From Anaerolineaceae bacterium (lineage in GTDB: Bacteria; Chloroflexota; Anaerolineae; Anaerolineales; E44-bin32), in assembly GCA_020350285.1 (NCBI GenBank), contig CP070708.1, positions 1,650,992 to 1,714,991 on the forward strand: a stretch of 64,000 nt of DNA. Reading direction: 5' to 3'. Shown piece by piece: positions 29,187-39,848 of the stretch. Under the pieces are notes generated by a model. The model did not search any database and had not been told where the DNA came from. It saw only the letters and a list, made by a program, of their open reading frames with translations. The translations under genes were made by a program, and so were the position numbers. The number at the start of each line of letters is the position of its first letter. Within the stretch, counting starts at the first letter, position 1.

Positions 29187-31979
29187 CTAAAGACCTAACC
29201 ACCTCGAGGCTGCGGTGGGTAAGTCTGCTAGATGCCCTTTACGTATCGTACAGCGTGGCAATGAAGTGATGAATGCATCTCCATAATTCTTTGAGAGTAC
29301 GCGCCGGTCAAATACTGCTACGATCCCGCGATCCGATTTTGTCCGTATTAACCGTCCAAATCCTTGGCGGAAACGCAGGATCGCCTCAGGAACGGAATAT
29401 TCATAAAATGGCGAATCGTATGTTTCTGATCGTGCGGCGACGATCGGATCGCTGGGCACGCTAAAAGGTAACCGAACGATGACTAGAACGGAAAGAGCCT
29501 CCCCTGGTACATCGACGCCTTCCCAAAAGGATCGGGTGCCTAGGAGCACCGCTTGATCTGTAGTGCGGAAATTCTCAAGCAACGCATGGCGCGACATACC
29601 AGCACCTTGAGCGAAGGTTTGGATTCCGTCCTGAGACAATGGGTCAGCAATAGCCTGAGCCGTCCGACGCAACTGATCATTGGAGGTGAACAGAACTAAA
29701 ACCCGACCTCGAGTCTCACGACATAATGCCAACAAGCCTCGTTCGGTTGCCCGTTGATACGCTTGAGTATCTGATGGTTCTGGAATGTCATCGACCAGAT
29801 ATAAGAGCGTAGAGGACTCATAGTCGAAGGGAGAACCGAGGGCAAGTTCCTCAGCGTCATCTGAATTGAGTCTGCGACGAATGTGGTCGAAGTCACCACC
29901 TGTGGTCAGTGTGGCGGACGTCATCACGACAGACTCTTTCTCGTGCCACAGATAACGCTCGACAAGGGGACCGACCTCGAGCGGAGCAGCGTGTAGTGAT
30001 AGACGCTCTTGACCTATTTGAACTTCAAGCCAGTAGATGATTTGAGGATCGGGTTCAAATATCATGTGGTTTAAATTACTGAAGACCTCACCCAAATCCC
30101 GAGCGATGATCCGTATGGCAATCGACAAATTTTGGCTGGTTTGAGATCCGTTCTGCTCAAGCTCTTCCATACCGTCGCTGATCTCAGTCAGAGCTTCAAC
30201 AACAGAGGAGAGAGGACCACGAAAATCTTCCCAAACAATTTCGACCTCCGACCACTCAGGTAAGGTGCGGGTGGAAGGGACGATCCGAAATCGTTGACCG
30301 TACGGTCCAATGGGTTCACCCTCACGACTGTGTGTCATGAATTCTGAGAGGGCTTCGAATGTACGCTGTGCTAGGTGAAGACAGTCGAGGGTTCGATCAG
30401 AAATGGTGGCGATGGCTTGTTCGATCCGTGGTAAATACTCTGGACTTAGCTCAGATCGTGTGATTTCGAGAACCTGGGCAAGCAAACCTGCATTCTGACT
30501 GCCGAGATCCCTCAGTAATTGTAAGACCTCGCGCTGATCTACTTTAAACCTAAGACCGTTTGTTGTGGCATCTTCAAGATGGTGGGCTTCATCGACGATC
30601 AAGTATTGATACTCAGGGATTACCCGATTACCAGTGGCGATATCGGCCAGCAATAAAGCATGGTTAACGATCACAACATGAGCACTCTCAGCTGCTAACC
30701 GGGCTTTGTAATATGGACAACTGCCTCCTGTTTGTTCGAGGCAGGTCTCCATTGAGCATTCCTCTCCTTCGGCTGAGATTCTTGACCAAATCATCTGTTC
30801 CCTCGGAAGGAGATTAATCTCACTTTTATCCCCAGAAGCTCCATGCTGGAGCCATACAAGGACCTTTGCCAGAACGCGAATTTCGTCTGCAGATCGGACT
30901 CCAAGTTGGACCATGCCATTAAGGCGACGAGGGCAGAGGTAGTTTCCCCGACCTTTAAGGACGCTTGCCTGGTAGTCCTTACCTAAGGTCCGGCAAAGAT
31001 CTGGAATGTCTTTATGGATAAGTTGATCTTGAAGGTTGATGGTATTCGTAGAAATGATTACCCGCTCGCCATTTGAGGTTGCCCACGCGAAGGCAGGTAC
31101 AAGGTAGGCCATGGATTTACCGGTTCCTGTCCCAGCTTCGACCATTAGATGCTGATGATTTGACAAGGCTTCAGCCACGGCATGCGCCATGGTGATCTGC
31201 TGAGGTCGGTGCTCATAAGATGCAAACTTCTGTGCGAAAGGTCCACCTAGCTCAAGCACGGACGTTGTTTCCTCCACGTCCAAGGGTGGGGGATCTTCGA
31301 CGGGTGTCAATGGCTTGGGTAGATTCTCTAAAGGTTGGAAGTAATCATTGAGGTGAATCATGGGAGCAGTATCGAGGGTAGGAGGTTGGGCATAACCCTC
31401 GACGATCGAATCGAAGATCCATCCAGCGCCCCATTCGATCTCGATCCCAAGATGGTGAATCATCTCAACCAATTCGTGTGGAAGCTCTAATGCTTTTTCG
31501 TATAGCCGAAGAAATACACGACGTGTCGTGTGGGCATCGTCGAGTGCACGATGTGTGATGCGTACGGGGATACCCAATGATCCAGCCAATGCCGCCAAAC
31601 TATAGCGTCCAGCGGTAGGGAGTAAGACGGTGGCCATGTCGAGGGTATCGAGGCTTTGGTTGTAAGGGAACAAGCCCCGAGGTTGGAGGAAGGCGAGATC
31701 GAATCTGATATTGTGTCCTAGGACAGGAAGGTCTCCAACGAAGTTCTCTAGATCCCCAAGCACTTGGGTTAAGCGGGGCGCCGTTGAGAGCATGTCGTCA
31801 TTGATCCCAGTGAGCGCTACGATGGAAGGGTGGAGAGGGCGACCAGGATTAACAAGCGTGCTCCATGTATCCTCCGTACGTGATCCACGGAATTTTACGG
31901 CACCGATTTCAATGATCGTATCGCGCTTAGGATCTAAGCCAGTGGTTTCGAGGTCTAAAGCGATCAGTGGTTCCATCAT
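29187..31979 (-). CDS. dinG: DnaQ-exonuclease-DinG helicase fusion
   Basis: DLETTG, HNIRFD and HRALDDA (DEDDh exonuclease); EAGTGTGKS, DEAHH, SFWEGVD and QGFGRLIR (helicase). Confidence 0.93.
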   Translation of the reverse strand: MMEPLIALDLETTGLDPKRDTIIEIGAVKFRGSRTEDTWSTLVNPGRPLHPSIVALTGINDDMLSTAPRLTQVLGDLENFVGDLPVLGHNIRFDLAFLQPRGLFPYNQSLDTLDMATVLLPTAGRYSLAALAGSLGIPVRITHRALDDAHTTRRVFLRLYEKALELPHELVEMIHHLGIEIEWGAGWIFDSIVEGYAQPPTLDTAPMIHLNDYFQPLENLPKPLTPVEDPPPLDVEETTSVLELGGPFAQKFASYEHRPQQITMAHAVAEALSNHQHLMVEAGTGTGKSMAYLVPAFAWATSNGERVIISTNTINLQDQLIHKDIPDLCRTLGKDYQASVLKGRGNYLCPRRLNGMVQLGVRSADEIRVLAKVLVWLQHGASGDKSEINLLPREQMIWSRISAEGEECSMETCLEQTGGSCPYYKARLAAESAHVVIVNHALLLADIATGNRVIPEYQYLIVDEAHHLEDATTNGLRFKVDQREVLQLLRDLGSQNAGLLAQVLEITRSELSPEYLPRIEQAIATISDRTLDCLHLAQRTFEALSEFMTHSREGEPIGPYGQRFRIVPSTRTLPEWSEVEIVWEDFRGPLSSVVEALTEISDGMEELEQNGSQTSQNLSIAIRIIARDLGEVFSNLNHMIFEPDPQIIYWLEVQIGQERLSLHAAPLEVGPLVERYLWHEKESVVMTSATLTTGGDFDHIRRRLNSDDAEELALGSPFDYESSTLLYLVDDIPEPSDTQAYQRATERGLLALCRETRGRVLVLFTSNDQLRRTAQAIADPLSQDGIQTFAQGAGMSRHALLENFRTTDQAVLLGTRSFWEGVDVPGEALSVLVIVRLPFSVPSDPIVAARSETYDSPFYEYSVPEAILRFRQGFGRLIRTKSDRGIVAVFDRRVLSKNYGDAFITSLPRCTIRKGHLADLPTAASRWLGL

Positions 31980-32241
31980 CGAAGTGGGGGCATTATAGCA
32001 CCAAGCTTCCCCAGCGGTGATAGAATCTATCCTATCCAAGAGTTGGTCATGAAGGCGTGCAGGAAGTGAGTTAGAATGTGAAAGATAATGTGCGCCGATA
32101 AGCTGACTGAAAGTTTGACTGCATCACTTAAAGAATCACAGCCAAGAGAGATCGATTAGCGCGAAGAGAAACCGAACTATGAAACGGGCAACGATCAACA
32201 TGCAATGGGGTTGTCAATGATGAATTGTGTAGCCCGGCGAA

Positions 32242-32805
32242 ATGGGTCTGATGACGAAACCAGACGTTAGCGATATGGAGCTCGTCCAGCGGGCCGGATC
32301 GGATCCTGATGCCTTTGGCGAACTTTACGAAAGGCACGTCCGTCGTATCTATAACTATATTTATTATCGGACGGGCAATCATCACGACGCAGAGGATCTG
32401 ACTGCACGTGTGTTTCAGAGAGCGATGCGTCATGTGGTGAATTTTGAAGATCAGGGTGTGCCATTTTCTGCCTGGCTGTACCGCATCGCTCATAATCTCG
32501 TTGCGAATTGGCATCGAGATCGAAGTCGTCGCCCTGTAGTTCCGCTGGAAGACCATATCATCGGCAGCAAGGAGGGTTCACATCCGGAAGTCGAGGCGAT
32601 CGTTGAAGAAGAGCGGGGTATGTTGTTGGCAGCAGTCCGACACCTGCCACCAGATCGACAACAATTATTGATCCTGAAATTCGTCGAACGATTGTCAAAT
32701 GCAGAAATTGGAGAAATCATGGGCCGCACGGAAGGTGCGATAAAGAGTCTTTATCACCGCACCTTAAACGCGTTACGAGATGAGATCTCCTCGTTGGAAG
32801 GTTAA
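32242..32805 (+). CDS. ECF sigma factor
   Basis: DAEDL, FSAWLYRIAHN (region 2); LSNAEIGEIMG..EGAIKS (region 4). Confidence 0.95.
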   Translation: MGLMTKPDVSDMELVQRAGSDPDAFGELYERHVRRIYNYIYYRTGNHHDAEDLTARVFQRAMRHVVNFEDQGVPFSAWLYRIAHNLVANWHRDRSRRPVVPLEDHIIGSKEGSHPEVEAIVEEERGMLLAAVRHLPPDRQQLLILKFVERLSNAEIGEIMGRTEGAIKSLYHRTLNALRDEISSLEG

Positions 32806-32903
32806 TCAATAGATTCGAAGGGAAAACCTGAAGTTAAAGTCAATGGCGGTAGGTGGGAAGCAGGTAAAAGGAGATTGGGGTGGCTGGGCGAAAACCGGTG
32901 AAA

Positions 32904-33182
32904 ATGGATAGGAAGGAGTTGGAGGCTTGGTTGGCGCAGGTCTTGGTTCCTGTTGAGCCGAATCCTCGCTTTCTCCGCCGTCTTCGTGCGCGTCTAGTGA
33001 CCTATCAGGGTGGAGGTCCTTTCTCCGGATGGATGATCCTTGTCGTTCTCGCAACGGCATTGTTGCTTGCGATCACAGGTCTGGGATTGGTGATTCGACT
33101 TATTCTTGGGTGGTTGAACCTGCTGGGGATTCTCGGGCGTAAACGCCGTGACACGACGGAGCCCGAAACGATCTCAGTTTGA
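32904..33182 (+). CDS. Small single-pass membrane protein, putative anti-sigma factor
   Basis: P.P.P.F...LR.RL motif followed by a TM helix, directly after the ECF gene. Confidence 0.6.
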   Translation: MDRKELEAWLAQVLVPVEPNPRFLRRLRARLVTYQGGGPFSGWMILVVLATALLLAITGLGLVIRLILGWLNLLGILGRKRRDTTEPETISV

Positions 33183-33278
33183 TAGATGGGAAGCGATTGT
33201 AAGACAGGTTAGAGGCGACCTCTTGGTCGTCTTTATTGGTTTTAAACCACGCACAATCTACAGTCTATTACTAAATGC

Positions 33279-33303
33279 GTAGGGGCGGTTCGCGAACCGC
33301 CCC
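33279..33303. repeat. GTAG-type REP-like palindrome
   Basis: GTAGGGGCGGTTCGCGAACCGC is identical to the first 22 nt of the copy at 29123. Confidence 0.85.
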
Positions 33304-33304
33304 G

Positions 33305-33333
33305 AAAAAAATCCCGGCAGGGAAGGCCGGGAT
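33305..33333 (-). terminator. Terminator of sufR-sufT
   Basis: ATCCCGGC...GCCGGGAT hairpin with a 7-U tract on the minus strand. Confidence 0.75.
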
Positions 33334-33351
33334 CATGAGGTCAGGAATAAA

Positions 33352-33693
33352 CTAGAAAAGTCGCCAATCAGCCGCGGCGCTGTCCTCCATCATGCTCGGT
33401 TCCCACATCTCCATCCCGAGTTCGATCACAGTCGGAATCCCCGAGACCTCCTCGGCCTTGGAGCGTGCACTCTCGAGTAGAGCTGGCCCGTAAGGGCAGA
33501 AAGGTGTCGTCAGGATCATCTTAACTTCGAGCTGATCATCGTCCATCGAAACGCCCCTAACCAATCCCAGCTCGATAATGCTCATGCCTAATTCCGGGTC
33601 CATAACCTGGCGCAAGGCTTGACGAATCTCATCAGCCTTGAGTGGGTGAGTCGAGTCGATTTCCCAGATCAGCTTTGGTGCCTCTTCGCTCAT
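33352..33693 (-). CDS. DUF59/SufT Fe-S cluster assembly factor
   Basis: VMDPELGMSIIELGLV, LTTPFCP and WEPSMM motifs. Confidence 0.92.
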   Translation of the reverse strand: MSEEAPKLIWEIDSTHPLKADEIRQALRQVMDPELGMSIIELGLVRGVSMDDDQLEVKMILTTPFCPYGPALLESARSKAEEVSGIPTVIELGMEMWEPSMMEDSAAADWRLF

Positions 33694-34322
33694 TCCGATT
33701 GTTCTCCCTCAGGCAGGTGCACGACGAAGGAACAATGTGTATCGCCTTCCGTGAGACAATTGACACGCTCGAAGGGAAGTGAAAGCGTCTTAGCGATGAG
33801 TTCTTGATCGATGAAATCTACCTCGGGGTGGTGATGAACGAGTTGAAGGTAGGGACAGCTGAGCAGTCGAATGATGACTTGGTTACCCTGGATTTCATAT
33901 TCAGCATCAAACCCTTCGTTTGATAGCATGGTCATCAACTTCGGAAGTCTCTCTTCAATCGGGAGGTGTTCATGGGTCCCAACGAAGTCTTCCGAGATCG
34001 AGCTCGCCATACGAGCGAACATGGATTTTACCCTCTCGGGAGACATCTCGTACTTGATTTCATCCAACAAACGGTTGGTCAATTGGAAATAGCGGGTGGG
34101 GAAGAGCTCGATCGCCTCATCGGTAAGCGAGAATGCATGATGGGGACGACCCACGCCATGACGCACCTCTTTGGTCGCGACCAGTCCCTCCGCTTGGAGT
34201 TGTGCCAGGTGATGTCGCACAGAGACGGGTGAGATACCCACAACCTCAGCCAACTCCTTCACTGTACACTGCCCCTGTGTCCGAATGGAACGCAGGATCG
34301 TTTCTCGCGTTGCAGATGTCAT
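33690..34322 (-). CDS. sufR: SufR-like HTH transcriptional regulator
   Basis: N-terminal HTH, GVGRP, FPTRY and C-terminal CPY...C...C; divergent from sufC. Confidence 0.85.
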   Translation of the reverse strand: MTSATRETILRSIRTQGQCTVKELAEVVGISPVSVRHHLAQLQAEGLVATKEVRHGVGRPHHAFSLTDEAIELFPTRYFQLTNRLLDEIKYEMSPERVKSMFARMASSISEDFVGTHEHLPIEERLPKLMTMLSNEGFDAEYEIQGNQVIIRLLSCPYLQLVHHHPEVDFIDQELIAKTLSLPFERVNCLTEGDTHCSFVVHLPEGEQSE

Positions 34323-34331
34323 AGTTCTCGC

Positions 34332-34479
34332 AGTATACCCACAAGCTCACGATATGTCAATATTTAAGATATTTATCATTTATATACACGTGGTGGGAGC
34401 TTTGATGAGCACAGAATAAGCGTGAATATTTAAGATTTTTATCACAAATATTGACTAGTTTGAGGCTGCGTGCTATAAT
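34332..34479. promoter_or_regulatory. Divergent sufR/sufC promoters with twin operator-like sites
   Basis: Minus: TTGACA(34360)-N17-TATACT. Plus: TTGACT(34451)-N17-TATAAT with extended -10 TG. AATATTTAAGAT(A/T)TTTATCA occurs at 34359 and 34425. Confidence 0.82.
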
Positions 34480-34533
34480 CCGCCTCATATCCAGAAAGTG
34501 GATAATGACTTATTTTACGCTGGAGGCTGATCA

Positions 34534-35316
34534 ATGACATCGACCTTGGAAATCCACAATCTTCATGTTGCCGTTGAGGGCAAAGAGATCTTGAAGGGTG
34601 TGGATCTTATTGTGAAGCAGGGAGAGATTCACGCACTCATGGGTCCTAATGGCACAGGTAAATCCACCCTCGCATACAGTTTGATGGGACACCCAAAATA
34701 CGAGATCACACAAGGTCGAATGATCTTCAAAGGGGTGGAGTTGAATGATCTAGATCCAGACGAGCGCTCACGTTTAGGTTTATTCCTCGCATTCCAGTAT
34801 CCAGTAGCAATCCCTGGGGTTTCGTTGGCCAATTTTCTACGCATGGCGATTAATGCACAACGCCGTGGGAACGACCCAGATGATAAAGGTATTTCTATCC
34901 CTAACTTCCGTGTAATGTTGAAGGAGAAGATGGATCTTCTTCAGATGTCCCACGAATTTGCAGGAAGATATTTGAACGAAGGATTCTCAGGTGGTGAAAA
35001 GAAACGCGCTGAAATCCTGCAGCTAGCTGCCTTGGAACCGGATATCGCCGTGCTTGATGAGACCGATTCTGGGCTCGATATCGATGCACTGCGTATCGTA
35101 GCATCCGGCGTAAACACACTCGCAGGTCCAGAGCTTGGAGTTCTGATCATCACACATTATCAACGCATCTTAAACTACATCAGACCTGATTTCGTCCACA
35201 TTATGCTCGATGGGAGAATCGTCGAGTCAGCAGGTGCAGAGTTGGCTGAGCATTTGGAAGAGCATGGTTACGATTGGATTAGAGAGAAGCATAACGGTGA
35301 TCTTGTGGAGGTATAA
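34534..35316 (+). CDS. sufC: Fe-S assembly ATPase SufC
   Basis: [24 protein letters not shown] and [10 protein letters not shown] motifs. Confidence 0.98.
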   Translation: MTSTLEIHNLHVAVEGKEILKGVDLIVKQGEIHALMGPNGTGKSTLAYSLMGHPKYEITQGRMIFKGVELNDLDPDERSRLGLFLAFQYPVAIPGVSLANFLRMAINAQRRGNDPDDKGISIPNFRVMLKEKMDLLQMSHEFAGRYLNEGFSGGEKKRAEILQLAALEPDIAVLDETDSGLDIDALRIVASGVNTLAGPELGVLIITHYQRILNYIRPDFVHIMLDGRIVESAGAELAEHLEEHGYDWIREKHNGDLVEV

Positions 35317-35318
35317 CC

Positions 35319-36731
35319 ATGGCGACTGAGTCGGATATTAATCGACTCGAAGGGTTAGACAAGTATAAGTATGGCTTCAGCGATCCTGATGTCTCCGTTT
35401 TTAAGACCCGTAAGGGGCTTGACCGCGAGGTTGTTGAGCAGATTTCACGCATGAAGGGTGAGCCAGAATGGATGCTGGAATTTCGTCTCAAAGCGCTTGA
35501 GCACTTTGAGCAACGTCCAATGCCTACATGGGGTGGTGATCTGAGCAAATTGAATCTCGACGATATTTACTACTATGTACGACCTGCCGAGAAAGAAGAA
35601 CATAGTTGGGACGATGTCCCAGATACCATCAAAGAGACTTTCGACCGTCTCGGTATCCCAGAAGCGGAGCAGAGGTTTCTAGCTGGTGTTGGTGCTCAAT
35701 ACGAATCCGAGATGGTCTACCATAGTGTACAGGAGCATCTTGAAGAACAGGGTGTGATCTTTGTCAGCATCGAAGACGGTCTCCGTCACCATGAGGAATT
35801 GTTCCGGGAATACTTTGGTAAGGTCATCCCGTACACTGACAATAAATTCGCTGCCTTGAACAGTGCAGTTTGGTCCGGTGGTTCTTTCGTCTATGTCCCT
35901 CCAGGGGTAACTGTTGACTTGCCTCTCCAAGCTTACTTTCGTTTGAATGTTGCCAATATTGGGCAATTCGAGCGTACGATTATCATCGTCGATGAGGGCG
36001 CACAGGTACATTATGTCGAGGGGTGTACAGCGCCTACCTATACCACCGATTCCTTTCACAGTGGTGTGATCGAGATCATCGTTAAGAAAGGTGCTCGTTG
36101 TCGTTATACCACGATCCAAAATTGGTCGATAAACGTTTACAACTTGGTCACTCAACGGGCGATGGTACATGAGAATGCCACAATGGAGTGGGTGGACGCC
36201 AATCTGGGCAGTCAACTCACAATGAAATACCCATCCTGCTATCTTGTTGGGGAAGGGGCACACGGCGAGATCCTTTCAATGGCTTTTGCAGCCGAAGGGC
36301 AACACCAGGACGCAGGCGGTAAGGTAATCCACGCCGCACCCCACACGACGAGTAAGATCACCTCTAAGTCCATAAGCAAAGACAGTGGAAGAGCTTCATA
36401 CCGTGGATTGCTCAAGGTGTACAAGGACGCGGTGGGAGCGAAATCGAATGTCGTGTGCGACGCGCTGCTTCTTGATCCACAATCTCGCTCCGATACCTAT
36501 CCTTATATCGAAATCGATGAGGATGATGTAACCATAGGTCACGAGGCATCAGTCAGCAAAGTGGGTGAGCAGCAGCTCTTCTACCTCATGAGTCGTGGGC
36601 TGAGTGAGGAAGAGGCCACCACGATGGTAGTTTCGGGGTTTATCGAACCATTGGTGAAGGAATTACCAATGGAATATGCCGTAGAAATGAACCGCTTGAT
36701 CCAGCTTCAGATGGAAGGATCGATCGGTTAG
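35319..36731 (+). CDS. sufB: Fe-S assembly protein SufB
   Basis: [21 protein letters not shown] and FYLMSRG motifs; normal length, no intein. Confidence 0.98.
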   Translation: MATESDINRLEGLDKYKYGFSDPDVSVFKTRKGLDREVVEQISRMKGEPEWMLEFRLKALEHFEQRPMPTWGGDLSKLNLDDIYYYVRPAEKEEHSWDDVPDTIKETFDRLGIPEAEQRFLAGVGAQYESEMVYHSVQEHLEEQGVIFVSIEDGLRHHEELFREYFGKVIPYTDNKFAALNSAVWSGGSFVYVPPGVTVDLPLQAYFRLNVANIGQFERTIIIVDEGAQVHYVEGCTAPTYTTDSFHSGVIEIIVKKGARCRYTTIQNWSINVYNLVTQRAMVHENATMEWVDANLGSQLTMKYPSCYLVGEGAHGEILSMAFAAEGQHQDAGGKVIHAAPHTTSKITSKSISKDSGRASYRGLLKVYKDAVGAKSNVVCDALLLDPQSRSDTYPYIEIDEDDVTIGHEASVSKVGEQQLFYLMSRGLSEEEATTMVVSGFIEPLVKELPMEYAVEMNRLIQLQMEGSIG

Positions 36732-36786
36732 CCATGAATTTCCTAGCACAGGTGTTTGTAGCAGGTATGTTGAGGTTAACTCGAGT

Positions 36787-38139
36787 ATGAGTCAAAGTAC
36801 TATCATCCGTTCCAGACGCAAAACCCAACCTAAGGTCACCCCTGAGTTCCCATTTACAGAAGCTGATGTCCTTCAGGCTTCCAACCGTTTAGGTGAACCG
36901 ACTTGGTTAGTTGATCGACGCCTCAAGGCTTGGGAACGATATCAAAGCCTACCGATGCCTACGACGAAGGATGAACCCTGGCGGCGTACCGATATCAGAA
37001 GTCTTCCTGCTGATGAATTGGTAATAAAGTCAGCGGAAGCGACCCCTGTCGACTCGGAGCTGAGCCAACCGCTTGTAAATGGGAGGGATGAATGGTTGCT
37101 AACCATTCGTCCGGGTCATCCACCGATACTTGAAGGGACTCAAAAACTGGAGGAACTCGGTGTTGTCGCGGTCGATTGGGCCACCGCAGTGAGAGAACAT
37201 GAGGGTATCCTGAAGGATCACTTAGGAAAGATCGTTTCAGATGAGGACGGAAAATTCTCGGCTTTAACATCCGCTATGGTGGAATATGGAGTCCTCCTCT
37301 ATGTGCCTCCAGGCATCGAGATTGAACAACCTTTACACTCGATATTGTGGGTTCCAGGAACCCAGGCTGCTTATTTCAGCCGTTTATTGTTGATTATTGG
37401 GGAGGGGTCCTCGGTCACATATGTTCATGAGGCTGCTTCGCCGACGTCCTCCGATGGCGCCTCAGCTCACGTTGGTATTGTCGAGATCCATCTTGCCAAG
37501 GAAGCCAAATTTAACTTTATCGAGTTCCAGAGCCTCGGTCGGCACATTTGGAATTTCACCCATGAGAGAGCTCATGTAGGACAGCAGGCGCGGCTGGATT
37601 GGATCTATGGAGGCGTTGGTAGCCATCTGACCAAGAATTTCACTGAATTTAATCTTCTCGCCGAAGGTGCTGAAGCTCGGATGTCTGCGTTTTATTTCGC
37701 CGATGGTGTACAGCATCTTGACCATGATACGCAGCAAAATCATCTGGCACCCAATACCACCAGCGATTTGCTATTCAAAGGTGCCTTATTGGACCGCAGT
37801 CGATCTGTCTGGCAAGGGATGATCTATGTCGCACCTGGTGCCCAGATGACGGATGGTTATCAGGCGAATCGGAATCTAATTCTGAACAAGAATGCGCGAG
37901 CGGATTCCATCCCCGGATTGGAGATTTTGGCCGATGATGTCCGCTGTACACACGGGGCGACAGTTGGACAGCTAGAAGAAGAAACGATCTTCTACTTGAT
38001 GTCTCGCGGCTTACCTCGTCCTGTGGCGGAACGGATGATGATTGAGGGGTTCTTCGCGTCAGTCATAGAGCGGGTGCCATTCGAGGGCGTACAAGCCAGA
38101 TTTCAAGGTATGATTGAGGATAAGCTGAGTAAGGTTTAG
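36787..38139 (+). CDS. sufD: Fe-S assembly protein SufD
   Basis: EPWRRTD and PGLEILADDVRCTHGATVG motifs. Confidence 0.96.
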   Translation: MSQSTIIRSRRKTQPKVTPEFPFTEADVLQASNRLGEPTWLVDRRLKAWERYQSLPMPTTKDEPWRRTDIRSLPADELVIKSAEATPVDSELSQPLVNGRDEWLLTIRPGHPPILEGTQKLEELGVVAVDWATAVREHEGILKDHLGKIVSDEDGKFSALTSAMVEYGVLLYVPPGIEIEQPLHSILWVPGTQAAYFSRLLLIIGEGSSVTYVHEAASPTSSDGASAHVGIVEIHLAKEAKFNFIEFQSLGRHIWNFTHERAHVGQQARLDWIYGGVGSHLTKNFTEFNLLAEGAEARMSAFYFADGVQHLDHDTQQNHLAPNTTSDLLFKGALLDRSRSVWQGMIYVAPGAQMTDGYQANRNLILNKNARADSIPGLEILADDVRCTHGATVGQLEEETIFYLMSRGLPRPVAERMMIEGFFASVIERVPFEGVQARFQGMIEDKLSKV

Positions 38140-38185
38140 TCATCTGCGAACCTCTCAGTTCTGAATAAACAGTTGGGAGAGAACA

Positions 38186-38479
38186 TTGGCAAAGGGAAGT
38201 ATTAATTCAGCGGAAGTGAAAAACCTCCACCAGAAACCCTACCAGACTGGTGACCGAGTGGAAGTGTACTGCGATCATAATCAGGACGGCGTTCGGGTCC
38301 GTGACTGGCTTCGAGGAGTGGTCGTACAAGCGGATCGAAAGATGGTGGCCGTCCAGTTTCTAGAAGACGTTTACCTCACGAACGGCTGGATGGTGCCGGA
38401 TCGGGTATTGTGGTGTCTGCAGAACAGCGAAACTATACGACCTGCGGCACGACGTCGTTCAAGACCCAAAAGAAAGTAG
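38186..38479 (+). CDS. Hypothetical protein inside the suf operon (SH3/Tudor-like pattern)
   Basis: Fills the sufD-sufS gap, SD GGGAG; YQTGDRVEVYC...W..GVVV pattern. Confidence 0.7.
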   Translation: MAKGSINSAEVKNLHQKPYQTGDRVEVYCDHNQDGVRVRDWLRGVVVQADRKMVAVQFLEDVYLTNGWMVPDRVLWCLQNSETIRPAARRRSRPKRK

Positions 38480-38494
38480 CATCGGAGACGGAAT

Positions 38495-39742
38495 ATGCAC
38501 ATCGACCCTGACCTCGCTGTGCTGGATATCGAATATGTGCGAGGCCAATTCCCTGTCTTATCACGGGAGATCAAACCAGGTGTGCCGCTAATTTACCTCG
38601 ATTCCGCGGCCACCTCGCAAAAACCACGGCAGGTGATCGAGGCGATGTCGACCTATTATGAGAGTCAGAATGCCAACGTCCATCGGGGCATACATCGCCT
38701 GGCCGAGGAGGCCACAGTCTCGTTCGAATCTGCTCGTGAAAAGGTGGCGCAATTCATCGGGATAGAATCTGCGCGGCAGATCATCTTCACCCGCAATGCA
38801 ACAGAAGCCATCAACTTGGTGGCACACTCCTGGGCTCGAGCGAATCTGAAGAAGGGGGACCTGATCATACTAACCGAGATGGAGCACCATTCGAACATAG
38901 TCCCCTGGCAGATCCTCGCGCAAGAGCGTGGGGTACGTTTGGCTTTTGTCAGCGTCACTGAAGATGGGCTACTCGATCTCAATTCCTTCCATGACTTGCT
39001 TGGAGAAAAGCCACGCTTGGTGGCATTCACGCATATGTCTAACATGTTGGGGACGGTCAATCCGGTGAAAGAGATGACGCGTTTATCTCATGATGCCGGG
39101 GCAGTGGTTCTCATCGATGGCGCACAAGCCGTACCGCATCTCCCTGTGAATGTTGGGGACATCGGTGCTGATTTCTACGCCTTCTCCGCACACAAAATGT
39201 GTGGGCCGACCGGCATCGGTGTACTTTATGGTAGAGAGGACTTGTTGGAAGAAATGCCACCCTTCCTCGGTGGTGGGGACATGATTAAACGGGTTCAGTT
39301 GGAGTCATTCACGGCGAACGATCTCCCTTATAAGTTCGAAGCCGGCACCCCACCTATCGCCGAGGGTGTCGGTTTAGGTGCAGCGATTGATTTCTTAACT
39401 TCGATCGGTATGGACGCTATTCATCAACATGAAAAGTTGCTGATCGGACGGATGCTGGATCGTTTGGAGGAGGTCCCTGGAGTTCGAGTCTACGGTCCAA
39501 GCGCGGACCATAAGGGAGGGGTAGCCTCGTTCTCTTTTGTGGATATCCACCCGCACGATGTGGCACAGATCCTCGACTCTCATGGGATCGCCGTGCGGGC
39601 AGGACATCATTGTGCGATGCCCATCCATGAGAAATTCGGTCTGCCGGCGACGACGCGCGCCTCCTTCTACTTATACAATACCGTGGAGGAAGTTGATTCA
39701 CTGATCGAGGGTTTATATAAAGTAAAAGAGATCTTTAGTTAA
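38495..39742 (+). CDS. sufS: Cysteine desulfurase SufS
   Basis: YLDSAATSQKP, SAHKM (PLP Lys) and RAGHHCA motifs. Confidence 0.98.
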   Translation: MHIDPDLAVLDIEYVRGQFPVLSREIKPGVPLIYLDSAATSQKPRQVIEAMSTYYESQNANVHRGIHRLAEEATVSFESAREKVAQFIGIESARQIIFTRNATEAINLVAHSWARANLKKGDLIILTEMEHHSNIVPWQILAQERGVRLAFVSVTEDGLLDLNSFHDLLGEKPRLVAFTHMSNMLGTVNPVKEMTRLSHDAGAVVLIDGAQAVPHLPVNVGDIGADFYAFSAHKMCGPTGIGVLYGREDLLEEMPPFLGGGDMIKRVQLESFTANDLPYKFEAGTPPIAEGVGLGAAIDFLTSIGMDAIHQHEKLLIGRMLDRLEEVPGVRVYGPSADHKGGVASFSFVDIHPHDVAQILDSHGIAVRAGHHCAMPIHEKFGLPATTRASFYLYNTVEEVDSLIEGLYKVKEIFS

Positions 39743-39759
39743 TCCGACCTCAATCAAAA

Positions 39760-39848
39760 GCCATCATCCTGAGCCATGGCCTAATGTCTCGCGGGATTTG
39801 CGAGAAGCTCGTTGAAGGATCACCGTACGGTTATCAAGGGATGATGGC
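39760..39848. repeat. Degenerate palindromic element between sufS and sufU
   Basis: GCCATCATCC...GGATGATGGC terminal inverted repeat with an internal TCTCGC/GCGAGA hairpin. Confidence 0.55.

Noticed and set aside
29187..31979. DinG as part of type IV CRISPR or another defence system
   Set aside because: It is the housekeeping exonuclease-DinG fusion with no csf/cas neighbours.
35319..36731. Intein in SufB
   Set aside because: Normal 470-aa length with contiguous motifs.
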